A stretch of 64,000 nt of DNA from NCBI GenBank assembly GCA_027331445.1, contig DAHWUD010000003.1:2704-66703 (forward strand), given 5' to 3'. Under the pieces are notes generated by a model, which did not search any database, was not told the DNA's origin, and saw nothing but the letters and a program-made list of their open reading frames with translations. Positions 57,364 through 64,000 of this stretch are shown here, piece after piece; within the stretch, counting starts at the first letter, position 1, and each line of letters begins with the position of its first letter. A program made the position numbers and the translations under genes. The DNA is from Candidatus Amesbacteria bacterium. Its GTDB lineage: Bacteria > Patescibacteriota > Microgenomatia > CAZETR01 > Amesbacteraceae.

Positions 57364-58250
57364 AAAACCTGACGCTGTTCGCGGCGCTGATTTTCACCGG
57401 GTATTTGTTCTCGGCGGCGGTGTTTTGGAAGGACTTCGGGATTGTGACCCAGGCGGTGATGGCGTTTACGGCGGTGGCAGTGGCGATTTACTTTTTAAAT
57501 GACGTTATTGACGTCGAAGCGGACAAAATGCATCCGTTTAAGAGGAAAAGGCCGATTGCCGCAGGCAGGATCAGCCGGGGGGAGGCGCTGGTTATAAGCG
57601 GACTGGCGGCGATAGTGGGGCTGACCTGGACATTTAAGCTGTCTTTGCTGTTCGGAACTATAGTCCTGGCTTATTTAGTGATGCAGATACTGTATTCAAT
57701 GTGGCTCAAGAATGTGGAGGTGGTAGATGTATTTGTGATTGCGTTGGGATTTTTTTTGAGAGTGTTTGCCGGGGCAATCGTGATTAATGCCCATCTGTCG
57801 ATCTGGTTTTTGCTGTGCGTAATTTCGGTATCGCTGTTTTTGGCCGTGGGCAAGAGACGGGCAGAGATGGCAATTCTGACCGAGCAGGGGGCGGTGCAAC
57901 ACCGGAAAGTGATGGGAAAATACAGCGCCGATATTCTGGACGCATATCTAGCCATGTTTGCGACGGCGGCCTGGATGTCGTGGGCTCTATTTACCTTTAA
58001 TTTCTATGAACAGGCGGCCCCGGAGCTGGCATCACCTGTGGGCCTGGGAATTATTTCCCGGACACTGACGATCAATAAGTGGCTGATGGTAAGCATTCCG
58101 GTGGTAATTTTCGGGATTATGAGGTATCTGCGGGTGGTTTACGACGGATCCAGGGCAGAAACGCCGGAGAGAGTTATCCTGTCGGATACACCGCTTTTGG
58201 CCACGGTGGCAGTGTGGGGATTGATCGTGATAACGGTACTTTACCTGTAG
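57309..58250 (+). CDS. Decaprenyl-phosphate phosphoribosyltransferase-like UbiA-family prenyltransferase (DPPRS homolog)
   Basis: ARPRQWVKNLTLF, YFLNDVIDVEADKMHPFKRKRPIAAGRIS and WFLLCV...LAVGKRRAE align closely with the Rv3806c-type DPPR synthase signature. ATG at 57309; the upstream part of the listed ORF is out-of-frame read-through over the wecA-like gene. Confidence 0.8.
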   Translation: MGKKLVDILKTARPRQWVKNLTLFAALIFTGYLFSAAVFWKDFGIVTQAVMAFTAVAVAIYFLNDVIDVEADKMHPFKRKRPIAAGRISRGEALVISGLAAIVGLTWTFKLSLLFGTIVLAYLVMQILYSMWLKNVEVVDVFVIALGFFLRVFAGAIVINAHLSIWFLLCVISVSLFLAVGKRRAEMAILTEQGAVQHRKVMGKYSADILDAYLAMFATAAWMSWALFTFNFYEQAAPELASPVGLGIISRTLTINKWLMVSIPVVIFGIMRYLRVVYDGSRAETPERVILSDTPLLATVAVWGLIVITVLYL

Positions 58251-59134
58251 GCCGTAGCATATTGAGAGGAAATCCAGCCGGAGGAAGTGGCGTCAAGCTG
58301 AACCTGAATCAGATACCAGCCGGGGGTCTTTGAGTCGAGAAGCGGATAGGAAGTTTGGGGTTTGACCTGGCCCAGTTCCTTTCCGGCCAATGAGGGGGCG
58401 GAACGAACCCGGAGAAAACCGGTGGGCGTGTCAATGATGGTCACGTAGGGCCGGGGCAGGAGAGAGACCGGGGCAGGAGACGGAGAAGCGGCGGGGAAAA
58501 GAGCAGCCGAGGGAGAGGCTGAGGGAGGCATGACGGGAAGAGGGACAGAGGCGGAGGAGGCGGCTAATTTGACCGTGAGAGAGAGCTTGTATGAGGCCAC
58601 CGTCTGGACGGACATGGTGCGGGAGGAAAAGCCGGGAGCACTGACGGTAATCTGGTGGGTGCCGGGGTCGATAGAAGTCAGAGATAGGGGAGTAAATCCC
58701 TGAGGCTGACCATCGACCATGACCGAAGCGCTGTCGGGGGAAGAAGTAACCACATTCAAAGTGGGCGAGACTTCCGGTTGGGGGGACAGACTAATGGTTT
58801 CACCGGCGGAATCAGCGTCGGTAGTGCCGAAATCGCGGCGGATAACGGTATAGGTTTTACTGGTCAGGGTGACTTTGGTTTCGTAAGCGGAGACGGCGGA
58901 GGAGGTGGAATCGGGAACAACCTTAACCGTGGCTTCGCCGGGGAAGAGGAGTTGGTCTACGGGGGTGGTTCCAACCTGGGTATTGTTGACGAAGACCAGG
59001 GAAGGGGGAGAAGTGTCGACCTTGAGCCCGGCGGTGGGCTGGCCATGGCGGACCCATGAATAAATGCCAAAACCAGCAATCAGAGAAACGCCCAAGAAGA
59101 TCATAACCAAGGCCAGAACCCTTTTGGTAGACAT
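58241..59134 (-). CDS. Secreted/anchored PEGA-domain protein with C-terminal SH3b-like domain
   Basis: N-terminal TM; PEGA-like repeats (ATVKVVPDS..., VMVDGQPQGFTPLSL); C-terminal GFLRVRSAPSLAGKELGQVKPQTSYPLL...GWYLIQ (bacterial SH3). Start at MSTKRV. Confidence 0.55.
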   Translation of the reverse strand: MSTKRVLALVMIFLGVSLIAGFGIYSWVRHGQPTAGLKVDTSPPSLVFVNNTQVGTTPVDQLLFPGEATVKVVPDSTSSAVSAYETKVTLTSKTYTVIRRDFGTTDADSAGETISLSPQPEVSPTLNVVTSSPDSASVMVDGQPQGFTPLSLTSIDPGTHQITVSAPGFSSRTMSVQTVASYKLSLTVKLAASSASVPLPVMPPSASPSAALFPAASPSPAPVSLLPRPYVTIIDTPTGFLRVRSAPSLAGKELGQVKPQTSYPLLDSKTPGWYLIQVQLDATSSGWISSQYATAYR

Positions 59135-59177
59135 AAAACTATTATATAACCGCGAGATGCTAAAATTGGATAGCTTC

Positions 59178-59250
59178 GGCCTGGTGGTGAAGTAGCTAAC
59201 ACAGCGGTCTGCAAAACCGCCATGCGCGGGTGCAATTCCCGCCCAGGCCT
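59178..59250 (+). tRNA. tRNA-Cys (anticodon GCA)
   Basis: Read directly: 7-bp acceptor stem GGCCTGG/CCAGGCC, U8, 5-bp anticodon stem GCGGT/ACCGC with loop CUGCAAA (U33, GCA, A37), 5-bp T stem GCGGG/CCCGC and U73 discriminator (the Cys identity element). CCA is not encoded. The D-loop lacks GG and the T-loop is TGCAATT (atypical). Confidence 0.65.
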
Positions 59251-59270
59251 CAATGTGGTAGGATAAAATT

Positions 59271-59528
59271 ATGTTTAAGGTATTAAAAAGGGACGGGTCG
59301 CTGCAGGATTTTGACTGGAAAAAGATTACCAAGGGCGTAACCGAGGCAGGGGGAACGACGGAAGAAGCGGAGCAGGTAGCCAGGGAAGTAGAAACCTGGT
59401 TAACGCAGGCCGCGGTAGACGGAGTGATTAAATCCTACGACCTGCACGTAAAGGTAACTGAAATTCTGAAAATGGTGAATGTCACGGCAGGAAAACTTTT
59501 TGAAGAGTATAAAAAGCCGGAAAAGTAG
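59271..59528 (+). CDS. Stand-alone ATP-cone domain protein
   Basis: MFKVLKRDGSLQDFDWKKITKGV... matches the ATP-cone (NrdR/RNR N-terminal) pattern V.KRDG..E.F...KI. Confidence 0.55.
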   Translation: MFKVLKRDGSLQDFDWKKITKGVTEAGGTTEEAEQVAREVETWLTQAAVDGVIKSYDLHVKVTEILKMVNVTAGKLFEEYKKPEK

Positions 59529-59590
59529 GCTTCGGGTTTGATTCGGTCTGATTTGACTTAGGCGGGGTTTTGACCTATACTGCGACACAG

Positions 59591-59616
59591 TTCTCCCAAG
59601 GGTGGAGAATTTTTTT
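59591..59616 (+). promoter_or_regulatory. Hairpin (TTCTCC-CAAGGGT-GGAGAA) plus T7 tract that sequesters the SD-like GGTGGAGA immediately 5' of the M23 peptidase ATG
   Basis: 6-bp stem whose 3' arm is the only SD-like sequence 9-15 nt upstream of ATG 59617, followed by TTTTTTT. Terminator-like and RBS-occluding geometry. Confidence 0.5.
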
Positions 59617-60309
59617 ATGGCTTTTGACTTGGAAAAGGCAGTCTGGAACCGAGCAGAGCGATGGCTGGGGAAGCCAGGCACGCCGATCGCGATTAAGGAG
59701 GCGGCCTGGAGGCTGGTGACCTTCCTGATCAAATGCGGCCAAAGCAACCCTATCAGCTTTGCGGTCAGACCCCTGGTCATGTCGTCCAAACTGCGGACGG
59801 TGGTAGGAATAAACCTGGTGATTTTAGCTGTGGTGACGGCTATTTATGCCCCATTGCCAACTATGGCACAAAATTCAGGGGGGCCATTGGCCGTAGTGGC
59901 GGGAGGGGAGCCGGAAGTAAATTTAGCTACCCCGACCGGAGTCAGGGTGCCTATCTCCCATTATTATGTGTCCCAGGGGTTCTGGACTTTCCACCCCGGA
60001 ATCGATCTGGCGACGGAAATGGGAACGCCCATTTATCCCATCATGGCCGGGACCGTGACCAAGGCGGAGAAAAACTGGTTCGGATACGGAAATATGGTGG
60101 TGGTAAAGCACAGCAACGAGTATGAGAGCCTGTACGCCCACATGGAGAAGATCCTGGTGACACAGGGGCAGCAGGTGACGACAGACACAGTTTTAGGCCT
60201 GGTAGGGGTAACCGGCCGTTCTACAGGACCACACTTACACCTGGAAATTCATGAAAACGGGAAGCCGGTAAACCCGGCACCGATCTTGGGGATAACCACA
60301 ACTAATTAA
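59617..60309 (+). CDS. M23 family metallopeptidase (LytM-like) with N-terminal TM
   Basis: HPGIDLA (HxxxD), ...YGNMVVVKH..., GPHLHLEIH (HxH) motifs. ATG 59617 preferred over the GTG at 59602 that lies inside the hairpin. Confidence 0.85.
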   Translation: MAFDLEKAVWNRAERWLGKPGTPIAIKEAAWRLVTFLIKCGQSNPISFAVRPLVMSSKLRTVVGINLVILAVVTAIYAPLPTMAQNSGGPLAVVAGGEPEVNLATPTGVRVPISHYYVSQGFWTFHPGIDLATEMGTPIYPIMAGTVTKAEKNWFGYGNMVVVKHSNEYESLYAHMEKILVTQGQQVTTDTVLGLVGVTGRSTGPHLHLEIHENGKPVNPAPILGITTTN

Positions 60310-60709
60310 GAGATTGGGTGGAGGCAGATCCGCGCAGGTAGATATACTCCCCGCCCGAAACCTGAAAATGCAGTTCGGCCTTGGAAGATTGGTAAATGAC
60401 TTTGAGGCCCAGGGGCTCGGGCTGGAGAATGTGTTCACCAAAAACATGAAATTGAAAAAGCAGGTCAAACAAGCTGGTGTCCCTGGGCTGGTGGAGGCCT
60501 TCTTTGATAAGGGTCCAGCGGGTAGACGCGGAATAGCCGGGATCGCCCGGATCCGACCAAAAATAGAGGGCCAGAATGTTAACGTCGCCAAAAGTAAAAT
60601 CCTGCAGTCCGGCTGGCGGCAGACCGGATGCGTAGTCCTGGCCGGAGACGGATTTGAGAAATCCGGCGACACGAAAAATTTCGCCGTCCTGATTTGAAGT
60701 AGCGTCCAC
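60302..60709 (-). CDS. Hypothetical 135-aa protein (uncertain strand)
   Basis: Competes with an antisense basic ORF at 60314-60697. The minus-strand ORF is co-oriented with the downstream DHH gene and has more protein-like composition. Confidence 0.3.
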   Translation of the reverse strand: MDATSNQDGEIFRVAGFLKSVSGQDYASGLPPAGLQDFTFGDVNILALYFWSDPGDPGYSASTRWTLIKEGLHQPRDTSLFDLLFQFHVFGEHILQPEPLGLKVIYQSSKAELHFQVSGGEYIYLRGSASTQSLN

Positions 60710-60781
60710 GTATTAAGTTTAAACTAATTTGCAAAAATTTTTTGATGATTTTAAATTTTGGGAACGACTCCCCTTTTCTCT

Positions 60782-61708
60782 TTACCGAAGGGAACCCGAA
60801 ACCGGGGGAGAGGTGAGGAGGGGCATGATTTGTTTGCGGAGGAGGGCGGGGTGAAGGGCGGCCCAGGAATCGGAAAAAGTGGTCGACAGGGCCGAGGAGA
60901 GAATCGCCCGACCGGCGGGAGTTGGACAAAAAATGAAGCTGGTGTTGGATTTGAGGTCAATGACGTTAAGAAAGGACCATTCGCAGTGGGAAAGAGCGTC
61001 GGTCTCCCCTACTGCGGCGGCGATTTGAGAAGACCACACCTCCGGCTGAAATCGCCACAAAATCAATTGGTAAGCCCGAACAGCAGATTTAAAAGCGGCA
61101 AATTCTTTAGAGTCATCGGATATGGCTTTATGAATATCAGCAAGAATTAAATCTGAGGAAAACTTGAACATGTCTCGGGCCAATTCGGGCGTGAGACCGA
61201 AGCGAGATTCCAGATATTTAATGGCCCGGCGGTCGCGATCGGTGGTGTTGGTAGAAAGTAAATTAAGGGTGTTGTGAAAGATGGCCCCATAAAGCAATTT
61301 GGCGTGGTCCGGCTGCGGACAGAGACCGGCCTTTTGGAAACGCTCGACAATAATAGTGGCCGCGGCGCCGATTAAATCATTTTGAATCTTAGCCCCGGGA
61401 AATTCTTTTCGAGGCTCCCCTACCCGATGATCAATAACTTCAATAACTTTTGCGGGCCGGACGATATCCGGCAGACCCTTCATGGATGAGGCATCGACTA
61501 AAACAAAGCCTTCATATTTGGCTTTTTTGATAGCGTGGGGAAGGCTAATCCCCTGTTGGTGCTGAAAATATTTAACTTCGGACTGGAGGTCGCCAAAAAC
61601 AGAACCCTCAGCCGATTGACCGATACGATTTAGAAGATCGGCATAGGCTAAGGTGCAGGCGGTACCATCAAGATCAGGGTGAACTTTGGCCGTAACTAAC
61701 AATTTCAT
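60782..61708 (-). CDS. DHH-DHHA2 phosphoesterase, family II inorganic-pyrophosphatase-like (DHR variant)
   Basis: 308 aa; VHPDLDGTACTLAYA (motif I), FVLVDASS (II), VIEVIDHR (III, DHH changed to DHR); length and layout as for PpaC. Confidence 0.6.
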   Translation of the reverse strand: MKLLVTAKVHPDLDGTACTLAYADLLNRIGQSAEGSVFGDLQSEVKYFQHQQGISLPHAIKKAKYEGFVLVDASSMKGLPDIVRPAKVIEVIDHRVGEPRKEFPGAKIQNDLIGAAATIIVERFQKAGLCPQPDHAKLLYGAIFHNTLNLLSTNTTDRDRRAIKYLESRFGLTPELARDMFKFSSDLILADIHKAISDDSKEFAAFKSAVRAYQLILWRFQPEVWSSQIAAAVGETDALSHCEWSFLNVIDLKSNTSFIFCPTPAGRAILSSALSTTFSDSWAALHPALLRKQIMPLLTSPPVSGSLR

Positions 61709-62478
61709 TAGGATTTGTGTGTGGAATGAAGGTAGCTGTCGTTCAGGGAATCGACTAATTTAAGGAGTTTTAAATGAGAGTACTTGGAAAAAACCTTGAT
61801 ATCTTTAGGCAGACAATGCCCGCCCCCACCCCGACCGCCTTTATGAACGACCTGGAAGTGGTGCCGGGAACCCCAGGGGTGGCGGGTAAGAGCATCCCGG
61901 ATGACATCATAATCAGCCCCGTTTTGCCGGCAGAAATCGTAGAACTGGTTGGCCCAAATAATTTTGGTCAAAAAAAAGGTGTTGAAGGCGTACTTGAGAG
62001 TTTCGGCGGTAACGGTATCGGTAGAAATCCGCAGGTCGCAGGGAATTTTGCGCCACAAGTCCATGACCTGCTTCCGGGTGGCCGGGTCGTCGGCGCCGAC
62101 GATGACGGCGCCGGGGTGAAGAGCATCATGAGCCCAAGTGGCTTCGGAGAGAATTTCGGGGCAGGAGGCTATCCGGGCGGAGAATTCCCGGGCCAGGGCG
62201 CGACAGGTGCCAGGCAGGACGGTGGAACGAATAACAAAAATGCCCTTAAATCCCAGTTGGGTTAAGCGCTTAATATAACCGCGGATGACACTTAGGGCCC
62301 GGGTTTGCCGCCCGGTTTTCGAGGTAGGGGTAGGAAGGCAAATAAAACAATAGTCCAGGTGGGCGCCATCGGCGAGGGTAATGTTTCCGTCCTTCAGGTC
62401 GAGATATTTATTGACACCGAAGGATTTGGCGGTAGCTTTGCCGACAAAGCCAAAACCAATGATAAATCCGAAGGTCAT
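61708..62478 (-). CDS. UDP-glucose/GDP-mannose dehydrogenase family protein lacking the C-terminal UDP-sugar-binding domain
   Basis: N-terminal Rossmann GFGFVGKATA; catalytic GGGHCLPKD (GGxCxxKD). The ORF ends about 25 aa later at 256 aa, where full-length enzymes have about 400 aa. Confidence 0.6.
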   Translation of the reverse strand: MTFGFIIGFGFVGKATAKSFGVNKYLDLKDGNITLADGAHLDYCFICLPTPTSKTGRQTRALSVIRGYIKRLTQLGFKGIFVIRSTVLPGTCRALAREFSARIASCPEILSEATWAHDALHPGAVIVGADDPATRKQVMDLWRKIPCDLRISTDTVTAETLKYAFNTFFLTKIIWANQFYDFCRQNGADYDVIRDALTRHPWGSRHHFQVVHKGGRGGGGHCLPKDIKVFSKYSHLKLLKLVDSLNDSYLHSTHKS

Positions 62479-62499
62479 CTGGTGATTTTAGCAGAGAGA

Positions 62500-64000
62500 T
62501 CAATAGTCTTCGCCCATGCCGCCCATGCCGGGATTGCCCATGGGAGGGGTGTCTTTCTTTTCGGGGATTTCGGTGACCAGACACTCTGTCGTCAGAATCA
62601 TGGTGCCGACGGAGGCGGCATTTTGGAGAGCAGAGCGGGTAACTTTGGCGGGGTCGACGACGCCGAATTTAATCATGGAGCCGACTTCACCGCCGTTGGC
62701 AACGTTGACACCGGTATCGATCTCTTTGGCGTCTTTTACGACTTTGAGGAAATAGCCATCGTCCAAACCGGCATTTCTGACCAGAAGGCGGAACGGCTGT
62801 TCCAGCGCGAAGCGGAGAATATCCACACCTACAGCTTCCTCACCGGTCAACCTGAGGGAATCGAGAACTTTGGCCGCCCGGATTAAAGTAACTTCGCCGC
62901 CGGGAACAATCCCCTCTTCAATGGCGGCCTTGGTGGCGCCGACGGCGTCCTTGACCCGTTCTTTGCGGTCATTGAGTTCAACTTCGGTGGCAGCCCCGAC
63001 ATTGATAACGGCCACTCCCCCGGACAGTTTGGCCAGGCGTTCCTGCAATTTCTCCTTATCAAATTCGGAGGTAGTGCGGTCCATCTCTTCTTTAATCTGC
63101 CTGATGCGGGCGGTGATGGCGGCTTTGGTACCCTTGCCGCCAATAATGCGGGTGTTGTCCTTGTCGGACCAGACTTTATCGGCCTGACCCAAATCTTCAA
63201 TTTTGACGTGTTCAAAGGTGCGGCCGGTGTCTTCAGAAATAACCGTCCCGCCGGTTAAAATGGCGATGTCCTCGAGCATGGCTTTTCTGCGGTCACCAAA
63301 ACCAGGAGCTTTGACGGCCAAGACGTCGAAAGTACCTTTGAGGCGGTTGACGACGAGGGTGGCTAAGGCTTCGCCCTCTACATCGTCGGCGATGATAACC
63401 AAACTTTTGCTGACCTTGACGAAGTTTTCCAAAAAGGGAAGTAGATCCTGAATGGAAGAGATTTTTTTGTCAGTAATCAAAATATAAGGGGAGACGACTT
63501 CCGCTTCCATTTTTTCAGACTTGGCGGCAAAATATGCCGATGCATAGCCCTTATCAAATTCCATGCCTTCGGTGTACTTGATGTCGATGGTGAGGGTTTT
63601 GCCTTCCTCAACGGTGACGACTCCATCGCGGCCGACTTTTTCCAGGGCTTCGGCGATTTTGGCGCCGATTTCGGTATCACCAGCGGAAATTGTCGCTACC
63701 TGGGAAATTTCTTCCTGGCTTTTGATGGGCTTGGCGAGTTTTTTGATTTCGGAGACGACGGCTTCTACCCCTTTATCAATCCCCCGTTTTAAGGACATAG
63801 GGTTACTTCCGGCGGTGATATTTTTCATGCCCTGATTGACGATGGCCTGGGCCAAGGCGGTGGCCGTAGTGGTGCCGTCACCAGCGGCATCGGAAGTTTT
63901 CTCGGCGGCCTGCTTGACTAACTGCGCGCCCATATTGGCAAAGGGGTCGGCCAATTCAATTTCCTTGGCTACAGAAACGCCGTCGTGAACGACAGAGGGA
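62500..64000 (-). CDS. groEL: Chaperonin GroEL (C-terminal about 500 aa; 5' end beyond the window)
   Basis: ...[16 protein letters not shown]..., equatorial/apical motifs, C-terminal GGM repeat (MGGMGEDY). The reading frame continues to the window edge (…[16 protein letters not shown]). Confidence 0.95.
   Translation of the reverse strand, partial: PSVVHDGVSVAKEIELADPFANMGAQLVKQAAEKTSDAAGDGTTTATALAQAIVNQGMKNITAGSNPMSLKRGIDKGVEAVVSEIKKLAKPIKSQEEISQVATISAGDTEIGAKIAEALEKVGRDGVVTVEEGKTLTIDIKYTEGMEFDKGYASAYFAAKSEKMEAEVVSPYILITDKKISSIQDLLPFLENFVKVSKSLVIIADDVEGEALATLVVNRLKGTFDVLAVKAPGFGDRRKAMLEDIAILTGGTVISEDTGRTFEHVKIEDLGQADKVWSDKDNTRIIGGKGTKAAITARIRQIKEEMDRTTSEFDKEKLQERLAKLSGGVAVINVGAATEVELNDRKERVKDAVGATKAAIEEGIVPGGEVTLIRAAKVLDSLRLTGEEAVGVDILRFALEQPFRLLVRNAGLDDGYFLKVVKDAKEIDTGVNVANGGEVGSMIKFGVVDPAKVTRSALQNAASVGTMILTTECLVTEIPEKKDTPPMGNPGMGGMGEDY

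Noticed and set aside
1-64000. Alternative genetic code (UGA recoding, as in some CPR lineages) and CRISPR arrays
   Set aside because: TGA terminates well-conserved proteins at expected lengths (e.g. the secY/adk ATGA overlap and the inserted S10-operon ORF). No regularly spaced direct repeats were seen anywhere in the window.

Overview
This 64 kb window looks like a small-genome bacterium with Candidate Phyla Radiation (Patescibacteria)-like traits. There is no rpmD (L30) between rpsE and rplO, intergenic spacers are very short, many start codons overlap the previous gene, and Shine-Dalgarno use is sparse. The code is standard: TGA is used as a stop, for example at the secY/adk overlap.

Plus strand, 1-14.6 kb: the 3' end of fusA, then tuf and a nearly complete S10-spc-alpha ribosomal-protein superoperon (rpsJ ... 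rplO-secY-adk-map-infA-rpmJ-rpsM-rpsK). One extra 100-aa ORF and a terminator-like hairpin sit between rpsJ and rplC. The operon stops after rpsK with no rpsD-rpoA-rplQ in the window. An RlmI-like methyltransferase follows.

15.5-27.6 kb: YbaK-like deacylase, a DUF805 protein, a heat-shock operon hrcA-grpE-dnaK plus a translationally coupled unknown ORF (no dnaJ) with an upstream CIRCE-like element, a clan GH-A glycosidase, lepA, a decayed DUF559 / hairpin-repeat patch, a histidine phosphatase, a CYTH protein, a NUDIX hydrolase and murJ.

27.6-30.7 kb: rpsT is followed in one operon by pilN-like, pilO-like, a 66-aa membrane protein and a 476-aa FN3 surface protein with an LPXTG-like C-terminal sorting signal.

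30.7-39.6 kb: a cell-envelope glycosylation island with a HAD-like protein, a GT4 glycosyltransferase, a SAM methyltransferase, three large GT-C-like membrane proteins (two carry the Chlor_Arch_YYY / DUF2298 YYY signature) and an LCP ligase.

39.6-52.9 kb: pcrA/uvrD and a UvrD-helicase fused to a Cas4/RecB-like Fe-S nuclease flank a tandem FemAB pair. Then rnhB, rmuC, a TrpR-like regulator, an M29 aminopeptidase, metG and tatD.

53-58 kb: a second envelope cluster with a processive GT2 (QxxRW), an ArnT/PMT-like GT-C protein, a WecA/MraY-like phosphoglycosyltransferase and a decaprenyl-phosphate phosphoribosyltransferase (UbiA family, RPRQWVKN signature).

58.2-64 kb: a PEGA/SH3b protein, tRNA-Cys(GCA), an ATP-cone protein, an M23 peptidase preceded by a hairpin that sequesters its SD, a DHH (family II pyrophosphatase-like) protein, a truncated UDP-sugar dehydrogenase and the 3' part of groEL running off the window.

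No CRISPR array, rRNA or intact mobile element was seen.
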